Source of the DNA: Octopus bimaculoides
Taxonomy: Eukaryota
Assembly: GCF_001194135.2 (NCBI RefSeq)
Contig: NC_068982.1
Coordinates: 191,197,687-191,261,686, forward strand
Direction: 5' to 3'
DNA length: 64,000 bases
A program made the position numbers and the translations under genes. Below, one piece after another: positions 1 to 13,589 of the stretch (positions are counted from its first letter, which is position 1; each line of letters starts with the position of its first letter). The notes under the pieces were generated by a model, which was given only the letters and a program-made list of their open reading frames with translations, did not search any database and had not been told where the DNA came from.

Positions 1-160
1 TTCTTCTGCTGTTGGTGCTGAAGTAATGTCTATTTTATTTTTACCCAGTTCTTGGTAGAGTTTTTTGGGGTTGGATTTGAACTGTTTGTTTTGTTCAAAG
101 AAACGTTGGCGTTTCTCATACCGGCGGATCCTCTGTGCTTTGGCAAGGATGTCTTGCTTT

Positions 161-162
161 AG

Positions 163-227
<65 letters not shown>

Positions 228-260
228 CATCATTATTATTATTATTATTATTATTATTTA
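161..260. repeat. (ATT)n microsatellite; similar tracts at 1581-1646, 27160-27210, 47865-47975, 60790-60836 and 61003-61095
   Basis: Direct reading. Confidence 0.95.
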
Positions 261-435
261 TCCACAGTGATTTTAAAAACTACGGAGATGTACTTGCATA
301 GCAAATGACTTGAAACAAAAACAATTGCAGCGTGAAACGAGTTTGTAAGCCATTCAAGAAAACACAAAACCGTTTGTTTCACGGCACTACGTAAATATAG
401 AGCTTTCGATGCATCTACGTAACGATATGAAGGTG

Positions 436-523
436 GGGTTAGTTTTTATGGTTAGTTTTAGGGATAGTTTTTAGGGTTATGGTTAGTTTTAGGGTTAGTT
501 AGGGTTAAGGTTAGGGTTAGGGT
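436..523 (+). repeat. Degenerate TTAGGG-like interstitial repeat
   Basis: ggttagtttt agggttagtt agggttaagg ttagggttag gg. Confidence 0.6.
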
Positions 524-1597
524 GTCATTACACGTCCACACAGCGTACATTTGAAATGTTTTATACCTAACATCTGTATTTAGGTATTACCAGTTTTACT
601 TCAACCTTAAAATTTCATTTGTGTCAAAATATTTTCGTCACTTTGAAGCCACGACCTGTTCACAAAAGGGATGCAGCACAAACTTTTGTCAGTGAGCACA
701 CACACACACACACACACACACATTCATTGCTTTTCATTTGTGTGTATGTGTATCTATGTGTGTGTGCGAGTGTGTACTGGTGTGTGTATGTCACTGTTGA
801 AGTCGCTCGTGCAGCTTGTTTGTGTAAAAACTGGCTTAATGGTATAGAATGTCTGGAAACTGTGAATAAGGTGCAAGTTTCGAGTACTTGTCGGTAACTT
901 TTTCTTTCTCCTCGCCTTCTAATAGAAATCACCCAACTTTCTAGGCTCTTCTCACAGCTTTCCTACGTTCAAAAATTATACGAGTATTTTATAAAATTTT
1001 CATTCGATAAATAATGTTTTTACATTACGTATACATTAATAGAATAAACTGACGGTTTTCCAAATAGCGAATTAAAACTTGAAAGACAAAGTGAGAGACT
1101 TTGCAAATGAAAATGAAGTACTCCGCAGTGAATGCAATGAATATTTAAATTTGTGAAGAATTGGACGCAGTGAATGAAATGAATGTTTAAATTAGCGAGA
1201 AATTGGAGTTTAAAAAATTCAATAAACTTGAGAATTCGAAATTATAGGAAATTTCTGAGAACATGAATTTATAAAAATATTTCCAGACGGTCAACCCTTT
1301 AATAATTGCTTTCTTTTAGTTCTTTTAGCAAATGTTAGTTAAATAAATAAATTAGCAGCTTTCTCCATTATAGTATAGATGCAGAGGAAAGTGTCGATAA
1401 GGTGTCACAACCACCAGTATTTTTAACGAAACACCATCTCTAGAAGAGTTTGTCTAAAAAAACTCAAAGAGGCCCTTCTCCCCTTAGAAGTTCAAGTGAG
1501 CTATCCTGCGTTGGATGCTAGTAGTCTGTATTTTTCAATCTTTTCGAGCTACTCTGCGCTGGACACTAGTAATCTGTACTTTTCTATTATTATTATA

Positions 1598-1646
<49 letters not shown>

Positions 1647-1906
1647 GTTTGGTTTGACTTAGGTTCCGCCTTATTCCTAGTAGGAACTATGTGGGTAACG
1701 GGTTACTACTTGTAACCTAAGGTGTCTACAAGTTTTCAGCAGTCTTTTAAGTGCTTAGAACCCTCCTGATAACCCTTGCTGTCCCTAACAGACTAACTTT
1801 CTTTACGGGCTCTGCCGGGCATTCTATTTCAATCTCCTTCAGCCATTTATCTATATCTTGGTTTACTGTTTCCAATGCACCAATTATCATAGGTACCACC
1901 TTTACT
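1647..1906 (-). mobile_element. 3' end of an R4/Dong-like restriction-like-endonuclease LINE
   Basis: C-terminal peptide VKVVPMIIGALETV...KKVSLLGTARVIRRVLST*, then a ~100-nt 3'UTR running into (TAA)n at 1581-1646. Confidence 0.7.
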
Positions 1907-2619
1907 GGGAATCGTGGTGGAGGGTGGACCGCCAATGTGGAGGGGGGGGCACATGAAGGCAAAGTGTCCCCAGAAACACGAATACGAGGTGGTGGAGGAG
2001 GAGTGTGAGGAAGTAGATGTAGAGAAGAGAGGAAACAGCGAATCTTCCCCGAAAAAGAAAAGGAAAGCGGAGGAAAAGAAAAAGGAGAAAAGAAAAAATG
2101 TCAAGGGCCGGAGCCTTCAACGAGTAAGGAGGAAGAAAGAGACGAGAGAGACGAGAAAACGAGCAAGAAACAGAGATAGAAACACCAGCAACACGTGTAG
2201 AGATAGAGACGAGAAGGCCACGTAAAGGGAGACATAAGATAGTGATGGTGATGTACGAGAAAAGTGTGGAAATGGGAAAACGAGTTGCAAAAATGAAAGG
2301 CGTAATAAGAGTGAAACTGGCAGATAAGGAAGAGAATCGTATTATGAAAGCATTGTTTGTTGGAAGACGAAAGAGCAGCAAAACTGAGGGAGATATTTGG
2401 AAGTAGAATGGAAATTACACGAAAGCGATTTCAATATGATGAATTACCATCAGTCGTAATGTATAAAGACTTAATGCCTTATGAAATATAAACATGATAC
2501 ATACTGGACAAAATTATTGATTATAAAAACAGTAAAATGGGACTTTCTACTTTGGCTGGGTGGAAAACCATTTCATTACCATAATTTTTCACACCTCATA
2601 ATTCATTCGTAAATCATTC

Positions 2620-4200
2620 TACGTTTGTCCTTGTAATGTCCTTTCTATATAAGGCTTCATGTCTATAATAAAGAGAAAAAGTTCGTGTATTGATAGTTCA
2701 AAGTTTACAGTTCGAGTTAACGTGTTGGATTGTTGGTTCTTAAAAGATTGTTCGTTCCGTGTGGTTACTGCTGTTTGTTTCAATTATATTGTTATTACAC
2801 TGTTGCAGTGTATTCCTTCATCCATAAGAATATGACATCAGGCGATGAGGATCGTTTGAAATTCACATTGGTTATTTGACAATTTCTGTGTCATGGAAAA
2901 CCTATTAGTCGCAGTAGTATAGCTTCAAGAGAAGCAACAGGAACAACTACAGGAATTGCGAAGACAAATACTACAGCAGCAACAACAACAATTAATTGAG
3001 TTACAGTCGGCGAAGTCCGAAAATCCAGTGAGCTCGTTTACGCTAGGTGGTGTGGCTAACGCAGTCTCTGAATTTACGTATAATCCGGAGGAGAGTATTC
3101 CGTTTCCCGCGTATTATAGAAAATACGAGGAAATTTTCAGCAACGAATGCAAGTCATGGTCGGAGGAGCAGAATACTGTAACTTTATTCTGTCCAAAATG
3201 TCGAGTGAGATTAGTTTCCAAGAAACCGTGGAACTGCTTTCAAACATTTTTTTGTGATAGAGTTTCATTGTTAAACACCGGAATGGAGTGTTGGAACCTA
3301 ACAAAAAAATGAGGAGGACGATTTTATCACCTACGCCGGAGTAGTCAACCGTATCTGCAAAAAATTTCAAACTCTAGGATATCACTCAGAATATGTTCAA
3401 ATCACTTATCTTTGTGCAAGGACTTATAGCTCCTGAAGATAGAGAAATTGGGGCAAGGATTCTCTCGAAAATGATACAAGCGAACCAGGATTTATCGCTA
3501 CAGACCGTCGCAGAAGAATGTCAGACTACGGTAAATCTTAAACATGATGTGAAAAAAATACAAGATAAAGACTCAGCAAAGATTCAAATGCGTCGTCCCG
3601 AAAAGCACAATGAAAAAAGTGTCAGGCTCCAATCCGTACTATGGTTGTGGAGGCCTACACTACAAAAAGGATTGTCCGTTTAAAAACCAAAAGTGCTATA
3701 GTTGTCAGAAGCTGGGACACAGGAGTTCTCGTTGTAGAACAAGACTACGAGGCGCAAACACAAAAAAGTTCTAAGGTGTTTTCAGTGGAGAATGATTGCG
3801 ACGGAAAAACAAGAAAATTTGTGTACGTAAAAATAAATGCTGTGAATACTAAATTACAATTAGACACAGGTAGTGACATCTCGATTATAAATTCGGACAC
3901 TGGGAAACAAATTGGTAAACCATGATTACGTAAGACAGCGAAAATAGCGCGTGGTGTAACGGGCGATAAATTACATTTCATGGGTAAAACATGTATCGAC
4001 GTCATATTTCGAAAAAGAGACACGTGAAGCAAATTTATTCATTGCGGATAATACAACCGACCTGTATCAAACATATTGGTTAGAATTGTTCGATTTATGG
4101 CACCTCCCCATAAATCTTTACTGCAATAACATAAATGGTTGTCCCATTAAAAACAAGTCTCCGGAAGAACTGAAGAAAAAATTGAAAAAAATGTACACCA
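2620..4200 (+). mobile_element. Decayed Ty3/Gypsy (Mag-type) LTR retrotransposon: LTR end, PBS, gag, protease
   Basis: LTR end ...tatgaCA at 2836-2837, then AGGCGATGAGGAT (11/13 to TGGCGACGAGGAT, the tRNA-Ser-type PBS). gag remnants FTYNPEE and FKSLIFVQGL; protease LQLDTGSDISII. Multiple stops and frameshifts. Left boundary approximate. Confidence 0.8.
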
Positions 4201-5338
4201 GGCTCATGCATCACAACCATATGTGCGTGACATGGTAATCTCATATCGAGATAAACAGTGCATGACCTTGTAGGTAGGGCCCAGTTATAATTTTCTTCAG
4301 GTCGAGTAGCCCATCCGGTTCAAAAGGTCCCTGAATAAGAGTTGTTTAAGGACGATTAACAACACACCCATGTTTTCAAAGGTGAATTATCCAAACCCCA
4401 AAGAATTCCTTTCAACGCATGGCTATGGTGTTCCCCCACTACTTCTGCTCGTGATCAGAGATGCACATATCGTCAGCCACCAAGGGACAAGCTCAACTGG
4501 TTAAGGTCAAACAAATGACAAGCAAATCTGTGGTATTGAACAGAATATTTGCTGTAGCCATCTTTAATACCAAGACAAAACATGTACATAACATTTCCAA
4601 TCAGTTAAGATCAGATGCGATGAGATCCAAATTTTAGTATGATTCATTTAATGCCAAGAAAATTCGCTTTGAATTATTTGCAAATGAGAAAGTTCTAGAA
4701 TTTTGGGACATTTGCCTCTTTTATTTGAAGTAAATATAACAGCTCCGTCTTTGGGAAATTTCTTCAAGATTAAAAAAATATCTTGTTCATTTACTAATTA
4801 TTAAAATTGGTGTCTTCTTGGTGAGTTACAATGCTGATGACGGCGGTCATGTGTGTGTGTGTGTGTGTGCATGCGAGCACCTGTTTATGCGTGTACGATC
4901 GTGAACATAATTCACGCATGAAAATCTGAGTAGTCACAGGGAGTAACCTCGGCTCTATAATAAATATTGTATTGAATCATTTTTCCTTCACCCCGTCCCA
5001 CATTACAGTCTTTAGCATTAACATATGTACGTTACATAAGATTCTTATTTGAACTTTTTTCACATATATAACGTCTTCAGACATCAGTCAGAGGGAATTC
5101 TTTTGTTTATTTTGGCAGCAGATATTCCATAAGTTAAATAACTCTGACCAAATATTTCCCAAATCGATAAAAGCCGCCATTGTTTCTGCATGCTTCAAGC
5201 GGAAGTATTTCTCGTATCTTCTCGTTTTGTCTTTCATTTCTTGCTCTCTGTTGTTATTTTTCATATTCTTCTTGTTTATCTTTCATTTTTTTTTCTGTAG
5301 TCGTATCCCCGCCTCCAATACCATCATCAATCTATTGG

Positions 5339-5697
5339 TTTACTGGGATATCTAACGTTACATAACATAGATGTTAGGCGCAGTCAAAAGTCAAAAAGAG
5401 CGAGAATTACTTTTCTTTTCTTCTTCTTACAGCAAATTTTGTCGTAGAATTTGGTATTTTTTGCGATCGACAAATATTGATTGGATATTTTCAAAGAGAC
5501 CAAAGCTCTACTCGACGAACCAAATGGCAAAAAATTATTTTTTCTGTTGTGCAACAAATTCTGTTGTAGACCTTTGTTTAAATATTACTCTTTCTTTGAG
5601 CGATATTCCCATCATTCCAGAATACATTTCATTGTTGATTTTTGACATTTGACCGCACCAAACATCTCTGTTACGTAACATCAGACATTTCAGTGAA
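5339..5697. repeat. Imperfect 60-bp inverted repeat pair (old MITE-like)
   Basis: 5339-5398 versus the reverse complement of 5638-5697: about 47/60 identical by hand. Confidence 0.6.
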
Positions 5698-7506
5698 TAA
5701 TTAAATTGGTGGTCAGCTACAGACGCCTAATGTCTATAGGAATTTCTCTTCCGTAACAGTTAATGAAACGAAGGTCTTCCCATCTCTGAATGGACACGAT
5801 CGTGTTCAATATCAATGTACACAGCTTTATTTTAACTGTCGCTACTCACTGTGCATTTAATTAAATAATTTCAGCCTGACAAAGCTTTGCACACGACAAC
5901 AAATTTATTACTTGCTGTTTACAGGTAAGGGCAACAGTACTTTGTGGACTATGAACGATGGATTCGATGTCTGCAGTTGAAACGTAACGACGCGAAACAC
6001 GTGTCCTACTGTCCTATGACGTCATTCATAGCCCGTCTCGGTGTTTACACACTCATTGTCTCTAAGGAGAATTTCTTATCCATGATAGTTACCGCAGTAA
6101 AGTTATTTCCACGTCTGAATGTACACTAACGCATTAATATAAATGTACGTAGTTTGTTTTAAAATAACAGTCTTGTAATTGAGTCTATTAAATCGACAAT
6201 ATCTTTGAATGGAATGTTTGTTGTCTTCTGCCTCTGCTGGAACTGAATAAGTGGAAGCATTTTCTTCCGTTCATCCATTTTCGGGATTCAAGTCTGATCC
6301 TGCATCAATAATATGAATACCAGTAATATAGAGCGGGTTCTCCAAAATCACTTGTACCTTTCTTTGTGTCTTCCTCGACAATATGTTGTTAAGGGGCAGC
6401 ATTTCGTAATGATAACCACTGCAAGCCACTGATGGGTGGATAAGTGGTTACGAGTCCCAAAACATCGAGTTGAGCCGTCAAGGTTTTATCTCTTCTAAGA
6501 GACTTCGAGACGGAAGTCTTGAAGAATGTTTCCAACTTTATAATGTGTTTCTATTGATTAAAGCAAGGTGTGCTGTGAAGGGAAAATGTTATTTATAGGG
6601 TAGCAGCAACCTTCAAGGATGATTTAATTAATTCTGAATTACGTAACTTCTTTTTATCCGGCAACATTGATAATCTGGTACAGATCTTGAATACGTCCAA
6701 GATTAATTTCGATTCGCTGCGGTCCTCCCAAACATTCCACTTGCTCTATTGACAAAATCACATAATGTAAAGACAAAACAAAAATGGAATCTTTATGAGT
6801 CTCTATATTAGGGATAATCACTATTGTATATTCCAAGAAATACTGACTTCAAATGTATCAGACATATTTGTACCAAACATTCAATCCTTGTATAAAATCT
6901 GTTGATATAGATACATTTAGAATTTAGATATGACATAATGATTTGATACAAAACAAAATGTTTTGTTTTACAGAGAGAGCAGAGCATCGTGCTTGACCCT
7001 TTATTATTTTTAGGGCTTCCTAAGATGACGGAAGCAAGAAAAAAGGTTATCTTCAAACTGTAAAGCTAATCTGAATATTTACAACGAAGCAGACACCACA
7101 GAAGATACCCAATGATCCGGTTCTGGTGTTAAACAGAGTGAGTCTGTTCTGTTTTTCAAGACGTTCATGATGGCAGTTGGATTAATCAGAGTGGGCATTT
7201 CGCATTTTTTGGTTCACCAAGTAAAAACAGATCCATCAATGCAAATATTTAGAATTTAGCAAAATCACGGAAACGGTACTTAAATGACTGTTGCACTAAC
7301 CTTTTTTTTTTCGGTATTTTCTGGAAAATTGCCATTATCTTCAGCATCTTCACTGTGACACTTCACTGTGCTTATACATACGTATAGATGTATGTACATA
7401 TACGTATGTATATATGCACGTATACATATATGTATACACACATATACATATATGTGTATATGCACATATACATATATGTATAGACACACACATATATACA
7501 GATATA

Positions 7507-7565
<59 letters not shown>

Positions 7566-8328
7566 ATGTGTGTGTGTGCATATGTTCGTATGTGTACAGA
7601 TAGACTGACAGAAGCAGAAGGCAGACAGACAGACTGACAGACAACAGACAAACAAGCAGATAAATAGGCACTCATAGACAGACAGTCAAATAGATAAATT
7701 AATGGGGAAAGAGAGGGGTGGAAGAGAAGGAGAGGGAGGGAGAGAGAACAGACAGACTGATTGATAGATTGACAGTTTGATCATTAGAAAATGATATTCA
7801 ACGAGTTAACTAAACGATCCTCTGTGAACGTTTCTGAACAAACTTCTCTCAGAAATCAATATTTGGTATTGATTCCTCATTTCTAATACTTCCTTCTTTC
7901 ATTCAATTCCATTCTGCCAGTCTTTTATCCAGAGGCACCAAAGGTGTAAACCATTTCCACGTCAATGTTTTATTGCCAAACATGGTACCCAGCTATTTCA
8001 GTTCCGTTCCTACACCTGTAACCTTTCAATAACCTCTTGTTGTTGGCAACCACAAACCTTTAACAAAGTAAATCCTTTTATGAGGAGACTCCATTTTCTA
8101 ATTAAAACCACTCAACGACGTTAGTTGCTGAAAATAAACTTTTCTTGTATTCGAACCGGCGAAGGAAGCCGTGCCTAGCCGCGCAACCTGCAAGAAAAAG
8201 TAGCCAAACTTCACTCAAATCACAATCCATTGTCTCAAAGAAGACAAAAAATATTTCGCTAATGCAATCCTAGATATGTTTAAAATAAAGAGCGAGATGG
8301 TCAAGGCTGGAATGGCTTTGTGATTATA

Positions 8329-8793
8329 CAAGGTAGTATCAAAAAGCTTCCGAACTAATTTTGTAGCGCGCCAACAGATGGCAGCAGACAGTTGCGTGCG
8401 CAGTGAGAGCTAACAGTGAACTTCATAAGGCAATATGCCGAGTTACATTGCTGTGTTTACTTCACAAGTTGTTAAATTTGTGTTTTTGTGATCATGTGTT
8501 TGCTGTAATCTACGATTTTGTCATGGACAGGAACAAAGAGCCAACGTGAAATTTTGCATTAAACTTGGGAAGTCTGCTACAGAGATATTAAGCATATTTA
8601 GGCAAGCTTGCGGAGATCAGGCAATGGTTCGTACGCAGCGTTTTGGGTGACAAGGGCACTTCAAAAGCGGTAGAACGTCCCTGGAAGATGAGCGATCTGG
8701 AAAATCTGCCACGAACGTCACCCCCCGAAAATGTGATATTGTGCATCTGGAATTCATCCCCCGGGGCCAGGCAGTCAATCGAGAGCTCTTCTG
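8329..8793 (+). mobile_element. Internally deleted mariner, 5' half
   Basis: TA at 8327-8328, then TIR caaggtagtatcaaaaagcttccgaact. Transposase remnants VKFCIKLGKSATE...SLEDERSGK and IVHLEFIPRGQAVN; runs into an N-gap. Confidence 0.8.
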
Positions 8794-9187
8794 NNNNNNN
8801 NNNNNNNNNNNNNNNNNNNNNNNNNNNNNNNNNNNNNNNNNNNNNNNNNNNNNNNNNNNNNNNNNNNNNNNNNNNNNNNNNNNNNNNNNNNNNNNNNNNN
8901 NNNNNNNNNNNNNNNNNNNNNNNNNNNNNNNNNNNNNNNNNNNNNNNNNNNNNNNNNNNNNNNNNNNNNNNNNNNNNNNNNNNNNNNNNNNNNNNNNNNN
9001 NNNNNNNNNNNNNNNNNNNNNNNNNNNNNNNNNNNNNNNNNNNNNNNNNNNNNNNNNNNNNNNNNNNNNNNNNNNNNNNNNNNNNNNNNNNNNNNNNNNN
9101 NNNNNNNNNNNNNNNNNNNNNNNNNNNNNNNNNNNNNNNNNNNNNNNNNNNNNNNNNNNNNNNNNNNNNNNNNNNNNNNNNNNNNNN

Positions 9188-9255
<68 letters not shown>

Positions 9256-9319
9256 TACATCATGTATGCCTATTATGTATGTATGAATGGATGGATGGAT
9301 GGATGGATGCCAGAGGATT

Positions 9320-11385
9320 ATAAATCTACGACATGACGCAGATAAAACTGAAGAAAAAGATCGCTCTCATATTCATGCGTGTCGACCGGTAACGGACATG
9401 AAAAAAGACAATGTGAAGACTGAATCCATGTTGTGGGTGCGGTGGTTTATATTTTAAAAGTAACTCTCTGTTTTAAAAGTATAAAATGCTTCAAGTGTGG
9501 TTAGGTAGATCATAAAAAATCACACTGTAAAACAAAACCTAAAAAACGGTTCAACAGAAAAAAATCACGTAAACGGACATTTGGTGACGAGAAATACGAA
9601 CGAGACTTAAAGTAAATTTGTCTATGTAAAAATTAACTACACAAACGTAAAGTTACAATTGGATACGGGCAGTGATATCTCGATAATTGACACAGATACA
9701 TGGAGAAAAAAAATCAGGAGACTTAGATTAAAAGAAACTTCAAAATTAAAAAGCGGTGTTTCAGGAAAAGAATTACATTTTAAGGGCGAAATGTTTAGTG
9801 ACGTTACATTTCGTGGAAAAACCTTAAAAGCCAAACTTTTTGTGTTATATGATACAACAAATTTATTCGGAACAGACTGGATGGAATTATTTAACTTATA
9901 ATTATTTAACTCCATAAATCTTTTCTCCAAAAATGTGAATGGTTTTCCCGCCAGTACAAATAAATCGTCAGACGAAATGAAACAAAAGTAAAAAAGATTT
10001 TTCCTGGGGTTCTGTCTGATGAATTAAGTCTGTGCACCAAAACTAAGGCGAAGATTCAAGTAAAAGAAGACACCATACCAGTATTTAACTATCCGCTACC
10101 TGCTCCGGAAGACATCTTTGCGAAATTAATCGGTGGCAAGATATCTTCTGAATTGGATCTCTCTGACGCGTACCTACAAATTAGAGCAGACGATGAATGC
10201 TCTCAATACCTAACAATTGACACACACAATGGCTTGTATAAATACAACAGGTAACCATTTGGCTTAAAAGTCGCACCAGCAACTTTTCAACAGATTATGG
10301 ATGCAATGTTAGCGGACTGTAAATTCGCAATTCCATATCTGGATGGTAAACTCATAAAAAGCGAACCCTGGAACCCACACATAGAGCACGTAAAATATGG
10401 GTTCGAAAAAATTAGGGATTGCGGCTTTACTTTGAATGAAGAAAAGCGTGAATATTTCTCACCGAAAATAAAATATTTAGAACAAATCATTGACAGAAAT
10501 GGACGTCGACCAGTTCCATCGTGGGCAGACGCGATTAAAAATATGCCCCCTCCGTCAAATATAGCTTTTTGGGGATTGGCAAATTATTACCAAAATTATA
10601 TTCTAAATATGCATAATGTAGGAGTTCCACTAAATAATTTATCATAAAAAAGATATAAAGTGGAATTGGTCTGAAAATTGTCAGAAGGCGTTCAACGAAA
10701 TTTAAAAAATATCAACATTTGATTTGTTGTTAGCACACTTCGATCCTGCAGCGGAGATTGTTGTAGCTTCAGATGCCTCTGAGTACGGTATCGGAGCAGT
10801 AATGCTACATAGATATAAAGATGGTAACATGAAGGCGGTGGTTCATGCCTCACGTTCTCTGATATCAACAGAAAAAAAAGTACAGCCAAATCGAAAAAGA
10901 GGCTCTGGCGATTATTTTTGCCGTAAAAATTTTTTTTTACATGATTGAAGTTTTCGCCTCCAGACTGATCGTTGTCTGTTATTATCCATAGGAATCCCCA
11001 CCTATACTACTAATAGGTTGCAACGCTACTATAGAATATTATTATACTATGATTTTTAAGATGGAGTATATGCCAGCTAAGAAATTAGGACACGCTGATT
11101 GTTTATCAAGACTGATGTTTAAAAATGCTGAACCATTTGAAGATATCGTGATTGCTGCGTTGCGAACAGAAAAACGAAATTAAAAATGTTTTGTTTAACG
11201 TCATACGTGAACTGCTAATCACATTGCAAGACATAAAATTAAAATCGGAAAACGATAAATTCATTAAAAATATGAAGAGAAATGCTGAAGGCTAAAAGAA
11301 ATAACAATATGCGCAACACAAATGCAAACCCATTCTCAATGTGTGACAATGTGTTGGTGTACACACAAAAATTGCTTTGATGTTT
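9320..11385 (+). mobile_element. Decayed Ty3/Gypsy (Mag-type) element: gag zinc knuckles, protease, RT, RNase H
   Basis: CFKCG..DH knuckle, LQLDTGSDISII, LDLSDAYLQI, PFGLKVAPATFQ, YLDG (YLDD mutated) and VASDASEYGIGAV. Truncated before integrase. Confidence 0.9.
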
Positions 11386-11919
11386 TAACATCTCTAGTGT
11401 GTGTCGTCTGGTATGGCTGGCTGTAGGCAAGAAAGACCGAACTGTCATTGAAAAGTTCTATGATGAAATGCAGCCATGTATCAGTATGGATGGTAAACTC
11501 TCTGAACACCTGCTGCAAGAGGCGTTTCTCATTGCCACATCTGTACAAAACAGTGTAAGTCCCTAACAAGACTGAAAGACTATATCCACACTGTTCATGG
11601 TTTAGAGAACAACCAAGTTATAGCGTGGCTAGAAATCGAATTGCTACCATCGTTATGCCTGTGTGCACGCATGGTCTTTGCTACTTTTAACTATTAGAAG
11701 TTTACTTGTGAAGAAAGACCTGGTTTCTAACAAAGTTATAAACCTCCATCACTGGAATCTACACAACAAAAACAAATTCACATTTTGAATTCAAGAAAAG
11801 TCTTACATATTTCAACCGTTTCGCTTAAAAAGTCTATTTATTATGTGCGAATTAATTGGTGGATTTCTTTTTCTGGAAATCTCAGCTTATACACATCGTC
11901 ACTTAATCAGAGAATTACA

Positions 11920-12600
11920 ACCTGGTTTGTATCGCTGTTTTATCGATTTTACAAAGGCCTTTGACACTGTACAACTCTTTGGGGGTATCCTTTTCAAGGT
12001 GTGTCTGGAAATGTTCACAGGGCTCAATCGATCTCATCATGACAACTTGAGAGCATAGGTCTGCATCAACAGTGAACCACTTGAGCCCATCTCAGTTGAA
12101 TCTGATGTTGAACAAAGTGATCTCTTGACTTCTACATTGATCGCCATCTTCTTCGCTGTTGTTATCTTGCGAACCTTTGCGCATAACGATGCTGGTATCT
12201 ACATCTGTTACCATACGACAGAAAAGCTTTTCAGCACCGGTCGTTTGACTGCAGTAACAAAACCTTTCATAACTCTCATTCGTCGTCTCTTTTACATTGA
12301 TGATTGCATTCTAATCCACACCGAAGAAGAGCTGCAATTCCTGATGGACTTCTTTCCAGCCACCTGTGATGAGTTAGGACTTCCAATCACTTTTAAGAAG
12401 ACCGTCGTCATGACACAACCAGCACCAGGAAAGCCCTATACCTCACCATCGATGAATGTCAAGAGTAAAAACTTAAAAGTTGTGGATTCGTTTGTCTACC
12501 TTGATCACACACTATCGAGATTTGATACACTCGACGAGGAGGTCAGTGATAGGCTTTCTAAGGCCTGTTATGCACTTGGAAAGCTTGAATCGAGGCTCTG
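11920..12600 (+). mobile_element. RTE/BovB-like LINE RT fragment
   Basis: FIDFTKAFDTV, FYIDDC and FVYLDHTLS motifs; degenerate; ends at the palindrome starting at 12601. Confidence 0.85.
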
Positions 12601-13038
12601 TAACATGCCAGTGTATATATTTGGGACTTATTCATGCGGTTCTTCCTGAAGATGGTATTGGGAACTTAGGAACTGTGAATTTGTGATCTTCACACGAAGA
12701 GAGATCGGTCTGATGCTATTGCTGTTAATTTTCCGAACACCAACATTAATATTTCGATTCCAGATTGTTTTGTTAGTTTGTTTTTTTTTTTTCCTTTCTA
12801 TTTGGATGATTTTTATCGTATTTTGGTATCGCAATCTGATACGATAAAGTCATCCAAGTAGGAAGGAAAAACAAACCCATCTGGAATCGAAACATTAATG
12901 ATGTTGGTGTTCGGAAAACTAGCAGCAATGGCATCAGACCGATCTCTCTTCGTGTGAAGATCACAAATTCCCAATTCCCAATACCAACTTCCGGAAGAAC
13001 CGCATGAACAAGTCCCAAATGTATCCACTGGCATGTTA
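12601..13038. repeat. 438-bp near-perfect palindrome (foldback)
   Basis: Arms of about 200-220 bp, about 85-90% identical by eye, around a ~17-nt loop centred near 12829. Confidence 0.9.
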
Positions 13039-13589
13039 TCGTAGTCAGGTGAATAGACATCAAAGATGTTCCGCTCATCCCAGCAATGGAGAGATCTGGG
13101 TATTGGATGATAGACCATATCGTGATGCTAAAAAAAACTATGCCCCTTACGATGCTCACAAATACCAAACACTAAGTCCGCTTCAATAGCTGTTGTTCTG
13201 ACAATAATAACAACTTTCGTCTGTCTTGTCAAGATGAAAGTTTCCTCATTTCAGCGACTGGAATGGATGAAGAGTGGCTCTCTTTATGTTCCAAATTCTT
13301 TGGTGATGTTGAAACCATTGACGAAAACAAAGAAAAGAAAACAAGACTGGTTTGATAAGAACTTTTGCACAATTTTGTTGGTTTCTGAATAAACAAACAC
13401 GGAGGCCCACAGGCCAGTTCTGGACACACTCAAGCACCAACAGTGGCGAGTTCTACGCAATGGAACTCACTCTACACAGACAGCGACTGTACTTGAATCT
13501 TTGTACTTTGATTTATAAATAAAACACTTTACACAACAGGGAAGTACTCTAATTCAACATAACCAGATCCAATCACGTCAAATAGTAAA

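Noticed and set aside
1902-2381. 103-159 aa ORFs on both strands
   Set aside because: GA-rich low-complexity DNA with no recognisable domain or splice structure.
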